Source of the DNA: Chloroflexota bacterium
GTDB lineage: Bacteria; Chloroflexota; Limnocylindria; Limnocylindrales; CSP1-4
Direction: 5' to 3'
DNA: 53,090 nt
NCBI GenBank assembly: GCA_045804885.1
Contig: JBJMMH010000086.1
Coordinates: 1 to 53,090 of the forward strand
In this document: positions 1 to 9,233 of the stretch, one piece after another
How the letters are laid out: the number at the start of each line of letters is the position of its first letter
Position numbering within the stretch: position 1 is the stretch's first letter
Program-made: the position numbers and the translations under genes
Notes under the pieces: model-generated
Told to the model about the DNA's origin: nothing
Database searches by the model: none
The model's input: the letters and a program-made list of their open reading frames with translations, nothing else

Positions 1-418
1 CCGGCGAGACTGATGGGTCGCTCAACGACGCGAGGAAGCCGATCGCGGCGAAGGCGACGATCGTCCCGAGTGCGATCGCGAAGGACCGCCTCGCCACGAG
101 GCCAACGCAGGCGCCGATCAGCAGCGCCACGCCGAAGATGAGGCCCTCGAGCGCCAGCTTGTCGTTCGTGCCGAAGATCGAGACGACGAAGTCCTTGGCG
201 CCCGGCGGCTGGTGGTCGATGACCCAGGACCCGACAGCGGCGATCAGCGACTGGGCTCCAAGAAGCGCTGCCACGAGCTCTGATGCGCCGAGAGCCGCGA
301 CCGTCGCGACGATGCCGGCAACGGCATCCCGGCCGCGCGTTGTCGCTCGGGGCGGGTCGGCGATCGCGAGCTGGCCGCCGTCCGCTGACGCGCCCGTCGT
401 GGTCGAGGTGGTCGTCAC
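1..418 (-). CDS. N-terminal fragment (runs off window) of a membrane-anchored molybdopterin-dependent, sulfite-oxidase-like oxidoreductase
   Basis: Not in the ORF track because no stop lies in the window. Minus-strand translation from GTG at 418 gives VTTTTSTTTGASADGG...SWVIDHQPPGAKDFVVSIFGTNDKLALEGLIFGVALLIGACVGLVARRSFAIALGTIVAFAAIGFL. GC3 is high and the N-terminus is TM-rich. The FGTNDK-type motif resembles the membrane module of actinobacterial Mo-oxidoreductases (recollection, not searched). Confidence 0.45.
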   Translation of the reverse strand, partial: MTTTSTTTGASADGGQLAIADPPRATTRGRDAVAGIVATVAALGASELVAALLGAQSLIAAVGSWVIDHQPPGAKDFVVSIFGTNDKLALEGLIFGVALLIGACVGLVARRSFAIALGTIVAFAAIGFLASLSDPSVSP

Positions 419-475
419 GGCGTCATCGTCGCGCGGAACTGCAACGGCTGCATGACGGTCGATTCGCCCGCTGCG

Positions 476-1264
476 TCACGTCGGATCCACGTCGAGCCAC
501 GCCCGGAAACGACCGTTCGTGCCGTCGACCGCGATCGGCAGGCCGAAGGCGCGGCTGAGATTCGCCGATGTCAGCGACGACTCGATCGGTCCCGCGACGA
601 CCGCCCGGCCGCCGCCGAGCACGAGTGCGTGCCCGAAGCCGCGCGGAATCTCCTCGACGTGATGGGTGACGAGGACGAGGCCGCGCGGCGAGGCGCCTGC
701 CGCGAGCCGGCCAAGATCGCGGACGAGCGTCTCACGTGCCCCAAGGTCGAGACTCGCGCCGGGCTCGTCCAGGACGAGGAGGTCGGGATCCGGCATGAGC
801 GCCCGGGCGATCTGGACGCGTCGCCGCTCGCCCGTCGAGAGCGTCCCGAAGGCGTGGCGCTCGAGCCCGTTCGCGCCCAGGTCGGCGAGGAGCCGGCCCG
901 CCCGTTCCCGATCGGCGTCGGTGTAGTCGTGCCACCACGGCCCGAGCGCCGCATGCCGCGCCGTCATGACGACGTCGCGGGCGCTTAGGGTCGGGTCGAT
1001 CGAAGGCTCGAGGCCGGCACCCGCGTAGCCGACCCGCCGCCGCAGCTCGCGCGCGTCGACTCGGCCGATCGTCTCGCCGAGGACCTCGACGGTGCCGGTC
1101 GTCGGCCACAGATACGTGCTCGCGATCTGCACGAGCGTCGTCTTGCCCGAGCCGTTCGGGCCAAGCACGACCCAGCGCTCGCCGTCGCCGACGACCCAGT
1201 CGATCGGGCCGAGGATCACCCGGCCGGCGCGCCGGACCGAGACGTCGCTGAGTCGCAGGATCAC
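476..1264 (-). CDS. ABC transporter ATP-binding protein, single NBD (COG1119/ModF-YlmA-like)
   Basis: 262 aa. Walker A GPNGSGKTT, signature LSTGERRR, Walker B LLVLDEP, H-loop VTHH. No adjacent permease gene. Confidence 0.85.
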   Translation of the reverse strand: MILRLSDVSVRRAGRVILGPIDWVVGDGERWVVLGPNGSGKTTLVQIASTYLWPTTGTVEVLGETIGRVDARELRRRVGYAGAGLEPSIDPTLSARDVVMTARHAALGPWWHDYTDADRERAGRLLADLGANGLERHAFGTLSTGERRRVQIARALMPDPDLLVLDEPGASLDLGARETLVRDLGRLAAGASPRGLVLVTHHVEEIPRGFGHALVLGGGRAVVAGPIESSLTSANLSRAFGLPIAVDGTNGRFRAWLDVDPT

Positions 1265-1308
1265 GAGCGCGATCCTAGTCGCGCCCAGCCGCGCGCGACG
1301 GCGCTAGG

Positions 1309-4134
1309 TCAAGGCGAGTTGGCCGGTTTCGCCGCCGCCGCCGACGCCGCGGCGGTCGGTGTCGGTTCCGGCGTGGGCTCCCGTGTGGGCTTCGGGGTCG
1401 GCGCTTCGGTCGGTGGCGGCGTCGGCGGCTCCGTCGGTGGGGCTGACGGCTCGAGGGACGGTGACGCGGATTCGACCGGCGAAGCGGGCGGGCACGGCGC
1501 CGCGGCGACGCCCGTTGACGGGTCCGGCGTCGGCGCCTCGAACGAGGGGACGATGCCGCTCGGGTCCGGTGTCGGCACGGGGAAGCACGATGGCGACGGC
1601 GCTGCGCCTTCGCAGCCGTGGCCCTCGACGATGCCCCACGAGTTGCCGTATGGCTTGAACTGGGGGTTGTAGAAGTACGCAGTCCGCGTGCCGTTGACGC
1701 CGCCCGACGTGCCGGGCCCGCGGCGGGCCCGCTGGAACCAGTTGCGGTCGTGCTTCAGCCAGTTGTCGTGGTCCTTCTCGAAGCCGACCAGCTCCAGGAC
1801 CGCCGAGCCGCAGACGCCCTTCGGGACCGCGCTCTTGGGCTCGGTCCCCGCGATGAAGAGCTCCTCGATCGACTTGCCACCGGACTGCGGTTGGGCGCCG
1901 GTCCATGGGTCGATCTTCGCCCGGGTGAGCCCGTCGGGCGCGGCGAAGTCGTTGATCGCCCACTTCTTCGTGACCTCGTCCATGAAGCCATGCCAGACGA
2001 AGGTCGTGACATCGATCGAGAACAGCGGCTTCGCCGGCGTCGAGACGAGCGAGTTGTCGCTGTTGCCATTCCAGGCGCCCGCGACGAGCGCGTACTCGCC
2101 CGCATCCCGGCCCTCCTGTGTCGGCGGCGCAATGAAGCCGTATGCGTTCAGATCCTTCGCGTCGTTGTTCGTGCCGGTCTTGAGGGTCGCCGGGCGATGC
2201 TTGCCGCCTGGTCCTTTCACCTCGAACTTGCCCCAGAACGGATTGATCTTCTTGTCGGTGTTCCCGGAGAGGATGTTCGTGACGATGTACGCCGCCTGGG
2301 GCGTCGCAGCCTGCGTCCCCTCGGGCTGGCTGAAGGGCGGCACGACGTCCGTCCCGGACTGGTCCGTGATCGCGAGGATCGTCGTGTGGGGGATGAGCTT
2401 GCCGCCGTTCGCGAGCGTTCCGTAGGCCGTCGTCAGGTCGACCGGCCGGACCTCCTGGACGCCAAGCCCCAGCGCCGGGCCGGCCGACGGCGTGTCGGTC
2501 TGGAACGTCATCCCGTAGTCCTTCGCGCGGGCGAAGAGATGCTCCGGCGTGTTGACGATGGTTGCCTTGACCGACGGGATGTTCAGCGAGAACTGGAGCG
2601 CCGTCCGGACGCGGACGGGACCGCGCTCGTAGATGTCGGCGTCGGACGGGGTGTACCCGCCGCCGAAGTCGGTCGCCGAGTCCATGAACATCGAGGCCGC
2701 CGTCATGGTCTTGTCGTCGATGCCGGTCAGGTAGTTGAACGGCTTGAAGGCCGACCCGGGCTGTCGCCAGCCGCTGCCGGCGACGTCGAACTGGGGCTGG
2801 AACGCGGGGTCGGCGCTGTCCGAGTAGTAGTCGGCGCTGCCGACGTAGGCGATGACCTGGCCGGTCTGGTAGTCGGTGGCGACGATCGTGCCGTTGTGAA
2901 GGTCCTTGCCGCGTAGGTTGCGCATCCACGTCTCGTACTTGAGGCCAAGCGACTCCGCGGCGGCCTGCGGCCGGCGCGCATGTGGGACGAGGGCGGCGGC
3001 CTTGACCCACTTCTCGGCGACCTGCTGGATCGGCACATCGAGCGTCGTCGTGATCCTCAGGCCGCCCTGCTCGAGCGGGTCGCAGGTCGGGACGTCCTCG
3101 CCGCACAGCTTGTCGGCCATCTCCTTCTGGACGGCCCAGACGAAATGCGGCGCGACCCACTGCGGCCGCTTCTGCGGGGCGAGGACGACCTCGTCATTCT
3201 TCGCGTCGAGGAAGTCCTGGCGGCTGTACTGGCCGTCCGAGAGCGGCGTCCGGTCGCCTTCCGCGAGCAGGTCGAGGATCATGTTTCGGCGCTGGACGAT
3301 ATCCGTCGAGTCGGGCACGACGAGCGTCTTCTCGCCCGGGCAGTTGCCGTCCGCGTCCAGCTCCTCAGAGCAGCGCACGACGGCGTTCCGGACGAGATCG
3401 TAGTTGGACGGCGATTTCGGGAGCCCGGCGAGGATCGCCGCCTCGGCGACCGTCAGGTCCTTGAGCTCCTTACCGAAGTAGGCCTTCGCCGCCGCCTTCA
3501 CGCCGTACGTCTGATTGCCGTAGTAGTTCTGGTTGAGGTAGGCGGTGATGATCTTCTTCTTGCCGTCCTCGCCCTGGTAGGCCTCCGTGAGGCGGACGGA
3601 CTGGATGATCTCCTTGAGCTTCCGTTCGAGCTGCCGCTTGGGGTCCTGGACGAGGTCCGGATCGAGCAGCCGCTGGCGGACGAGCTGCTGGGTGATCGTG
3701 GAGGCGCCGCGGCTCCGGCCCCGGACGCTGTCGACGCCCGCCGAGACGATCGCCAGCGGATCGAAGCCGGCGTTCTCCCAGAATGTCTTGTCCTCGATCG
3801 CCGTCTGGGCGTCGATGACGATGGGCGGGATCTCGTCGAACGTGACGAGCTCCCGCCGCGTCTGGCCGACCCGGGCGAGCTCGGTCTGGCCGGTGCGATC
3901 GTAGATCACGGACTCCTGCTGGACCGGCAGGTCGTCGAGCTTGGTCGGGTCGACGAGGTTCGAGGTGAGGCCGGCGAAGGCAGATACGACCGTGACGCCG
4001 ACGAGCAGCGCCAGGGCTGCGAGCAGGAACCAGACGACGACCGCGATCATCCCGACAGTCGTCGGCCGAGCTCGACCGGGCGGTGGCGGGCGGCGCGTCG
4101 GGCGGGGGTTCTCGTACGCGGGCTCGTTGTACAC
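1309..4134 (-). CDS. Class A penicillin-binding protein (bifunctional glycosyltransferase/transpeptidase, PBP1A-type)
   Basis: 941 aa with a GTG start at 4134 and an N-terminal TM anchor. GT51 motifs EDKTFWENAGFD and GASTITQQLVR. Transpeptidase motifs SAFKPF (SxxK), SLN and KTGTNND (KTG). Ends in a 90-aa P/T/E/A-rich tail. Confidence 0.95.
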   Translation of the reverse strand: MYNEPAYENPRPTRRPPPPGRARPTTVGMIAVVVWFLLAALALLVGVTVVSAFAGLTSNLVDPTKLDDLPVQQESVIYDRTGQTELARVGQTRRELVTFDEIPPIVIDAQTAIEDKTFWENAGFDPLAIVSAGVDSVRGRSRGASTITQQLVRQRLLDPDLVQDPKRQLERKLKEIIQSVRLTEAYQGEDGKKKIITAYLNQNYYGNQTYGVKAAAKAYFGKELKDLTVAEAAILAGLPKSPSNYDLVRNAVVRCSEELDADGNCPGEKTLVVPDSTDIVQRRNMILDLLAEGDRTPLSDGQYSRQDFLDAKNDEVVLAPQKRPQWVAPHFVWAVQKEMADKLCGEDVPTCDPLEQGGLRITTTLDVPIQQVAEKWVKAAALVPHARRPQAAAESLGLKYETWMRNLRGKDLHNGTIVATDYQTGQVIAYVGSADYYSDSADPAFQPQFDVAGSGWRQPGSAFKPFNYLTGIDDKTMTAASMFMDSATDFGGGYTPSDADIYERGPVRVRTALQFSLNIPSVKATIVNTPEHLFARAKDYGMTFQTDTPSAGPALGLGVQEVRPVDLTTAYGTLANGGKLIPHTTILAITDQSGTDVVPPFSQPEGTQAATPQAAYIVTNILSGNTDKKINPFWGKFEVKGPGGKHRPATLKTGTNNDAKDLNAYGFIAPPTQEGRDAGEYALVAGAWNGNSDNSLVSTPAKPLFSIDVTTFVWHGFMDEVTKKWAINDFAAPDGLTRAKIDPWTGAQPQSGGKSIEELFIAGTEPKSAVPKGVCGSAVLELVGFEKDHDNWLKHDRNWFQRARRGPGTSGGVNGTRTAYFYNPQFKPYGNSWGIVEGHGCEGAAPSPSCFPVPTPDPSGIVPSFEAPTPDPSTGVAAAPCPPASPVESASPSLEPSAPPTEPPTPPPTEAPTPKPTREPTPEPTPTAAASAAAAKPANSP

Positions 4135-4360
4135 CGGTGGCGCGCTCCCTCGATGCGAGTCGGGGGAAGGATGCCATCGCCGGGCGGAATGCGCGAGGTG
4201 GCGTACGGTTCGCCGCTGCGCCCATCATCCGTTCGTTCGATTTTCGGACGCCGCGGAACGCGACCATGAGCGCCCCCGACGTGAGGATTTCGGGATCCGA
4301 TAGCGACGGCAATGTGGGTGCGAGCGTCGATCTCGGACGTCCGATATGCCCCAGCGACGC

Positions 4361-5638
4361 TCAGCCAGTCGCGGCCTCGAAGGCCGGCAGGAATCCGGCG
4401 TTCGCCTCGAGCAATGCGTCCAGCAACGGCCGGCCCATGTCGAGCGTCCCGACGAGCGGGTTCGCGACGAGGGCCCGCAGCGCGATCGCTCGGTCGCCGG
4501 TGCGCGCGGCGCGGATGACCAGCCGTTCGTAGCCCTTCATCGCCTGGACGAGGCCGAGCATGTCCGGCGCGAGCGGCTTCAGCGCGACCGGATGGGCGCC
4601 TTCGCTGTCGATCCGGGCGGGAATCTCGACGACGGCGTCGGCCGGTAGACCGCCCAGCGCGCCATCATTCCGGATGTTGACGACCTGGACGTCGCCGGTG
4701 CCGGCCCGCAGCGAGGCGATCAGCTGGGCGGCTGCCTCGCTGTAGAAGGCGCCGCCGCGATTGGCGAGCAGCGCTGGCTTCGTGTCGAGCGCGGGGTCGC
4801 GGTACATCGCGAGCAGCTCGCGCTCGATGGCCGCGACCTCCTCCGCTCGTGTCGCGTGGCCGTCGCGGCGCTGCTCGGCGAGGACGGTCTCGGTGAGGTA
4901 GTAGTAGCGGAGGTAGTACGACGGGATCGCCGCGAGCGATCGAAGGAACTCCACGGGGACGCCGACATCACGTGCGATCTCCTCGCCGTCCTCGGCCATG
5001 ATTGCGGGCAGGCGGTCCACGCCGTCGACCCGGACCTCGCGGATCCACGTGAGATGGTTCAGCCCGACGTGATCGAGCTCGACGCGCTCGGGCTCGACGT
5101 CGAAGCGCGCCGCGAATCGGCGCTGGAAGCCGATCGCGACGTTGCACAGCCCGATCGCCCGGTGGCCGTCGTCGAGGAGCGCCTGGCTGACGATCCCGAC
5201 CGGGTTCGTGAAGTCGACGATCCAGTGGCCCGGCGCGGCGAGCCGATCGGCCTTCTCGGCGATGTCGAGGACCACGGGCACGGTCCGGAGCGCCTTCGCG
5301 AATCCGCCCGCGCCGGTCGTCTCCTGGCCGATCGTGCCGAATCGCGGCGGAAGCGTCTCATCGACGAAGCGGGCGGCCTGACCGCCGACACGCAGCTGGA
5401 CGATGACGAAGTCGGCGCCGTCGAGCGCCGCGTCGAGGACGCCGCTTATCTGGATGTTGCCGGTCCAGCCGAGGCGGGCAAGCTGACGGCGGGCCATGCC
5501 GCCTACGATCTCGGCCCGGTCGGGATCCGTGTCGAGGAGAACGAGATCGTCGATGCGGACCCGGTCGTCGCGGACTGCCAGCCCCTCGATGAGCTCCGGC
5601 GTGTAGGTGCTACCGCCGCCGACGACCGCGACCTTCAA
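4361..5638 (-). CDS. Glycoside hydrolase family 4 enzyme (6-phospho-beta-glucosidase/ChbF-CelF-like, NAD+/Mn2+-dependent)
   Basis: 425 aa. N-terminal Rossmann motif MKVAVVGGGSTYTPEL, catalytic/metal Cys in GLCN, and GLNHL His motif. Overall GH4 layout. Confidence 0.9.
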   Translation of the reverse strand: MKVAVVGGGSTYTPELIEGLAVRDDRVRIDDLVLLDTDPDRAEIVGGMARRQLARLGWTGNIQISGVLDAALDGADFVIVQLRVGGQAARFVDETLPPRFGTIGQETTGAGGFAKALRTVPVVLDIAEKADRLAAPGHWIVDFTNPVGIVSQALLDDGHRAIGLCNVAIGFQRRFAARFDVEPERVELDHVGLNHLTWIREVRVDGVDRLPAIMAEDGEEIARDVGVPVEFLRSLAAIPSYYLRYYYLTETVLAEQRRDGHATRAEEVAAIERELLAMYRDPALDTKPALLANRGGAFYSEAAAQLIASLRAGTGDVQVVNIRNDGALGGLPADAVVEIPARIDSEGAHPVALKPLAPDMLGLVQAMKGYERLVIRAARTGDRAIALRALVANPLVGTLDMGRPLLDALLEANAGFLPAFEAATG

Positions 5639-5709
5639 GCGACCCTGCCCTCCGCCCCGACCCGCCGCGCCGTCTTGACACGACGCCCCCGGGCCACCAA
5701 TGATTGCTT

Positions 5710-5719
5710 ATAACGTTAT
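5710..5719. promoter_or_regulatory. Perfect 10-bp palindrome ATAACGTTAT, candidate GntR/HutC operator
   Basis: Lies in an AT-rich island (caatgattgcttataacgttatcaccatc) in the 120-nt divergent region between the GH4 start (5638) and the GntR start (5759). A perfect TTGACA hexamer sits at 5675-5680. Confidence 0.35.
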
Positions 5720-5758
5720 CACCATCGGAGCCCGCGGCAAGAGGACTCGTCCCGGCAC

Positions 5759-6601
5759 ATGGCCCGCTTCAGGCTCGTCGTCGGTCCCGTCCCGCTCCAC
5801 CACCAGGTCTATCTCGACCTGTCGTCGGCGCTCGACGAAGGCGAGTTGAAGCCGGGCGACCGGCTCCCGCCGGAGCGCGAGCTGGCAGAGCGCTACGGGT
5901 GCAGCCTCATCACCGTCCGGCGCGCCCTCTCGGAGCTGGCGCGGGAGGGCCGGATCGAGCGGACCCGCGGCCGCGGCACGTTCGTGCTCCGGCCGCGCGT
6001 CGAGCTCGACTTCGGCGGCAGCCAGTCGTTCACGAGCGAGATGCAGAGCCACGGTCTCGACGCGGAGACGAAGGTGATCGTGGCCAGGTCGGAGCCGGCC
6101 GGCGAGGCGGTCGCGAACGCGCTCGACCTGAAGATCGGAGCGCCTACCCTCTATCTCGAGCGGCTCCGCCTGGCCGGCGGCGAGCCGATGCTCCTCGAGC
6201 TGGTCCACCTGCCGGCCGGCCGGTTCCCCGGCCTCCTGGCGTCAGACCTCGAGCACAACTCGCTGTACCAGCTGCTTACCGAGCGTTACGGGACGCGGGT
6301 CGTCCGCGCCCGCGAGGCGATCGAGCCGGTCCTGCTTCGAGGCCGTGAGGCGCGGCTCCTCGACCAGCCATCGGGCCGTCCGGCCCTGCTGGTTGAGGGC
6401 GTTGCGTTCGCCGCCGACGGCGTTCCCGTCGAGTTCGCGCGTAGCTTCGTCCGCGGCGATCGAACGCGCTACTACGTTGAGCGCCTCGTGGTGCGCTCAC
6501 CGACCACCCCCCTGGCCGCCTCGGTGGAGGAGCCGAGGTCCGGCGCCGGCGTCGGCCGGCTGGCCGGCGTGAGCCGGCGAGAGATGCGCAGCCGTCCCTG
6601 A
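5759..6601 (+). CDS. GntR family transcriptional regulator, HutC/UTRA subfamily
   Basis: 280 aa. Winged-HTH signature RLPPERELAERYGCSLITVRRALSELAREGRIERTRGRGTFV followed by a UTRA-like effector domain. Divergent from the GH4 gene. Confidence 0.9.
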   Translation: MARFRLVVGPVPLHHQVYLDLSSALDEGELKPGDRLPPERELAERYGCSLITVRRALSELAREGRIERTRGRGTFVLRPRVELDFGGSQSFTSEMQSHGLDAETKVIVARSEPAGEAVANALDLKIGAPTLYLERLRLAGGEPMLLELVHLPAGRFPGLLASDLEHNSLYQLLTERYGTRVVRAREAIEPVLLRGREARLLDQPSGRPALLVEGVAFAADGVPVEFARSFVRGDRTRYYVERLVVRSPTTPLAASVEEPRSGAGVGRLAGVSRREMRSRP

Positions 6602-6686
6602 CGGGCGCGCGAGAGGAGGCACCGAGATCACTCGACAGCGAAACCTTCCGAGCAAGCCCGGAGACGGGACCACAGCGAGGAGTGCC

Positions 6687-8165
6687 ATGCGAGCGAAACC
6701 GTTCCGCGTCTTCGCCCTGTTCGCGATCGCAGCCCTGCTCTTCGGGGCGTGCGGGTCGCCGACGACGAGCAACGCGCCCGCTGCGTCTGGCGCGGCGTCG
6801 GGCGCTGCGTCAGGCGGGGCATCAGCCGCCCCCACGACGACCATCGTGGGCGGCACTGCGGCGCCCGGCCAGGTCGACATCCGGTGGTTCTGCTGCCTCG
6901 GCGGCGGCGATGCGCCGGAGCAGGTCGCGGCCGAGAAGAAGGTCGTCGATGCGTTCAACGCATCTCATCAGAACATCCACCTGACGTTCGAGGCGGTTCC
7001 GTACGCCGGCGCGAACGATGCGCTCTCGACCCAGATCGGCTCCGGCAGCGGCCCCGACATCGTCGGACCTGTCGGTATCGGCGGCGCCAACGCGTTCCAC
7101 GGCCAGTGGCTCGACCTCGCGCCGCTCATCCAGAAGACCAACTACGACCTGTCCGGCTTCCCGCCCGACGCGGTCGAGATCTACAAGCTGGACGAGGGCC
7201 AGGTCGGCATCCCGTTCGCGATCTACCCCTCGGCGCTGTTCTACAAGAAGGGTCTGTTCGAGGAGGGAGGCCTGAAGGAGCCGCCCCACAAGTACGGTGA
7301 CAAGTACGAGCTCGATGGCGCCCAGGTCGATTGGAACTACGACACGGCGCGCGAGGTCGCAAAGCGCCTCACCGTCGACAAGAACGGCAAGGACGCGACC
7401 CAGGACGGGTTCGATCCCGCGAACATCGTCCAGTGGGGCTTCGAGCCGCAGCGGGACGACATGCGTGGCCTCGGCGCCTACTGGGGAGCGGGCTCATTGG
7501 CCGCCTCTGACGGCAAGACGGCCCAGATCCCCGACGACTGGAAGACCGCCTGGAAATGGTGGTACGACGGCATGTGGAAGGACCACTTCAGCATGACCGG
7601 GCCGATCTTCGAGAGCGACGACATCAACCCCAAGGACTATCCGTTCTTCACCGGCAAGGTCGCGATGAGCGAGAACTTCCTGTGGTCGACCTACGGCGTC
7701 GGCGACGCCGGCGACGACTGGGATCTCGCGGCTATCCCGGCGAACGGCAGCAAGGCGACGGCCGCCTTCAACGCCGACACGTTCCGGATCCTCAAGGGCA
7801 CGAAGCACCCCGACGAGGCGTTCGAGGTGCTGACGTACCTCCTCGGCGACGCGTCGGAGGAGCTCTTGACGGCCTACGGCGGCTTCCCCGCCCGGATCGC
7901 CGACCAGGCGAAGGGCGTCGAGGCGCTTCAGTCGCAGTTCACGAACAAGGTCGACTGGCAGGTCGCGATCGACGGCATCGAGCATGCCGACAACCCGAAC
8001 TTCGAGGCTTACATGCCGGCGTACAACGAGACGCTCGGTCTCATCGGCTCCGGCGGGAAGTACACGACGAAGTGGCAGTCCAGCCAGGGGCTCGACATGG
8101 ATGCCGAGTTCAACGCCCTGAAGCAGGAGATCCAGTCCATCTGGGACAAGGCCGGCGGCGGTTGA
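6687..8165 (+). CDS. Carbohydrate ABC transporter substrate-binding lipoprotein
   Basis: 492 aa. Signal peptide with lipobox AALLFGAC-GS, then an Ala/Ser/Gly linker and a family-1 SBP-like body. SD GAGGAG lies 5 nt upstream of the ATG. Confidence 0.9.
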   Translation: MRAKPFRVFALFAIAALLFGACGSPTTSNAPAASGAASGAASGGASAAPTTTIVGGTAAPGQVDIRWFCCLGGGDAPEQVAAEKKVVDAFNASHQNIHLTFEAVPYAGANDALSTQIGSGSGPDIVGPVGIGGANAFHGQWLDLAPLIQKTNYDLSGFPPDAVEIYKLDEGQVGIPFAIYPSALFYKKGLFEEGGLKEPPHKYGDKYELDGAQVDWNYDTAREVAKRLTVDKNGKDATQDGFDPANIVQWGFEPQRDDMRGLGAYWGAGSLAASDGKTAQIPDDWKTAWKWWYDGMWKDHFSMTGPIFESDDINPKDYPFFTGKVAMSENFLWSTYGVGDAGDDWDLAAIPANGSKATAAFNADTFRILKGTKHPDEAFEVLTYLLGDASEELLTAYGGFPARIADQAKGVEALQSQFTNKVDWQVAIDGIEHADNPNFEAYMPAYNETLGLIGSGGKYTTKWQSSQGLDMDAEFNALKQEIQSIWDKAGGG

Positions 8166-8209
8166 TACGGACCGTCTCGGCTAGCCTCCCGACAGGCGCA
8201 TAGCCTCAG

Positions 8210-8241
8210 GCCTCCCGCCCGGCCCCAGACGGGCGGGAGGC
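8210..8241 (+). promoter_or_regulatory. Intercistronic stem-loop after the SBP gene (partial terminator or mRNA stabiliser)
   Basis: Perfect 12-bp GC-rich stem gcctcccgcccg / cgggcgggaggc with an 8-nt loop. Sits between the SBP stop (8165) and the permease start (8258). Confidence 0.6.
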
Positions 8242-8257
8242 ACTCACCTGGAGACCG

Positions 8258-9214
8258 ATGACCGCGATCGAGCACCCCCGGCGCCGCTCGTTCGTCCCCG
8301 CCGCGCTTCGCCTCAAGCCCCTCGCCCGCCGCGAGGCGAAGTGGGGTTACGTCTTCATCTCGCCATGGATCGTCGGCTTCCTCGCGTTCACCTTGCTGCC
8401 GATGGTGGCGTCGCTCATCTTCACATTCACCAACATCAACCTCGCACAGGAGAAGCCGCTCGCCTTCGTCGGGCTCGCCAACTGGCAGCGCCTCTTCGGC
8501 GACCACTCGACCTGGGACGCCCTCGGCGTGACGTTCCGGTTCGCCGCGCTCAACCTGCCGATAGCGCTCGTCATCCCGTTCGTCATCGCGCTGGCGCTCA
8601 ACAGCGTCCACCTGCGCTGGCCGGCCGTCTTCAGGACGCTCTTCTTCCTGCCGTACGTGATCCCGTTCGTGGCGGGGATCCTGATCTGGCAGAGCATGCT
8701 CAACCTCGAGACGGGCTGGGTGAACGCGTTCCTCGAGTTCATCGGCATCAAGAACCCGCCCAACTGGTTGCAGGACCCGACCTTCGTCTACCCCAGCCTC
8801 GTCTTCCTGGGGCTCTGGGGCATCGGCGCGGGGATCATCGTCAACCTCGCCGGCCTGCGGGGCATCCCGACCGAGCTCTACGACGCGGCGCGGATCGACG
8901 GCGCCGGCTGGTGGGCCCAGCTCCGCAACGTGACGCTGCCGATGATGTCGCCGGTGATCTTCTACGCCCTTGTCCTCGGCATCGTCGACGTTCTGCAGTA
9001 CTTCCTCGTCCCGCTCGTCCTCTACAACGGGACCGGCGAGCCCCAGGGCACGACGCTGTTCTTCAACCTCTACCTGTACAAGCAGTTCTTCACCTTCCAG
9101 AACATGTCCTACGGCTCGACGCTGGCCTGGCTCCTCTTCGCGATCACGCTCGTGATCACCGTCGTCCTGTTCCGGACGTCGCGGCGCTGGGTCTACTACG
9201 CGGGTGACCGGTAG
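8258..9214 (+). CDS. Carbohydrate ABC transporter permease (MalF/UgpA-like)
   Basis: 318 aa, multi-TM. EAA-loop motif YDAARIDGAGWWAQLRNVTLPMMSP. Confidence 0.9.
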   Translation: MTAIEHPRRRSFVPAALRLKPLARREAKWGYVFISPWIVGFLAFTLLPMVASLIFTFTNINLAQEKPLAFVGLANWQRLFGDHSTWDALGVTFRFAALNLPIALVIPFVIALALNSVHLRWPAVFRTLFFLPYVIPFVAGILIWQSMLNLETGWVNAFLEFIGIKNPPNWLQDPTFVYPSLVFLGLWGIGAGIIVNLAGLRGIPTELYDAARIDGAGWWAQLRNVTLPMMSPVIFYALVLGIVDVLQYFLVPLVLYNGTGEPQGTTLFFNLYLYKQFFTFQNMSYGSTLAWLLFAITLVITVVLFRTSRRWVYYAGDR

Positions 9215-9233
9215 TGGCCGGGGAGCGCTAAGG

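Noticed and set aside
4334-4343. 10-bp palindrome CGGACGTCCG in the PBP upstream region
   Set aside because: It is a single GC-rich self-complementary decamer with no partner site or obvious regulator. It is likely chance.
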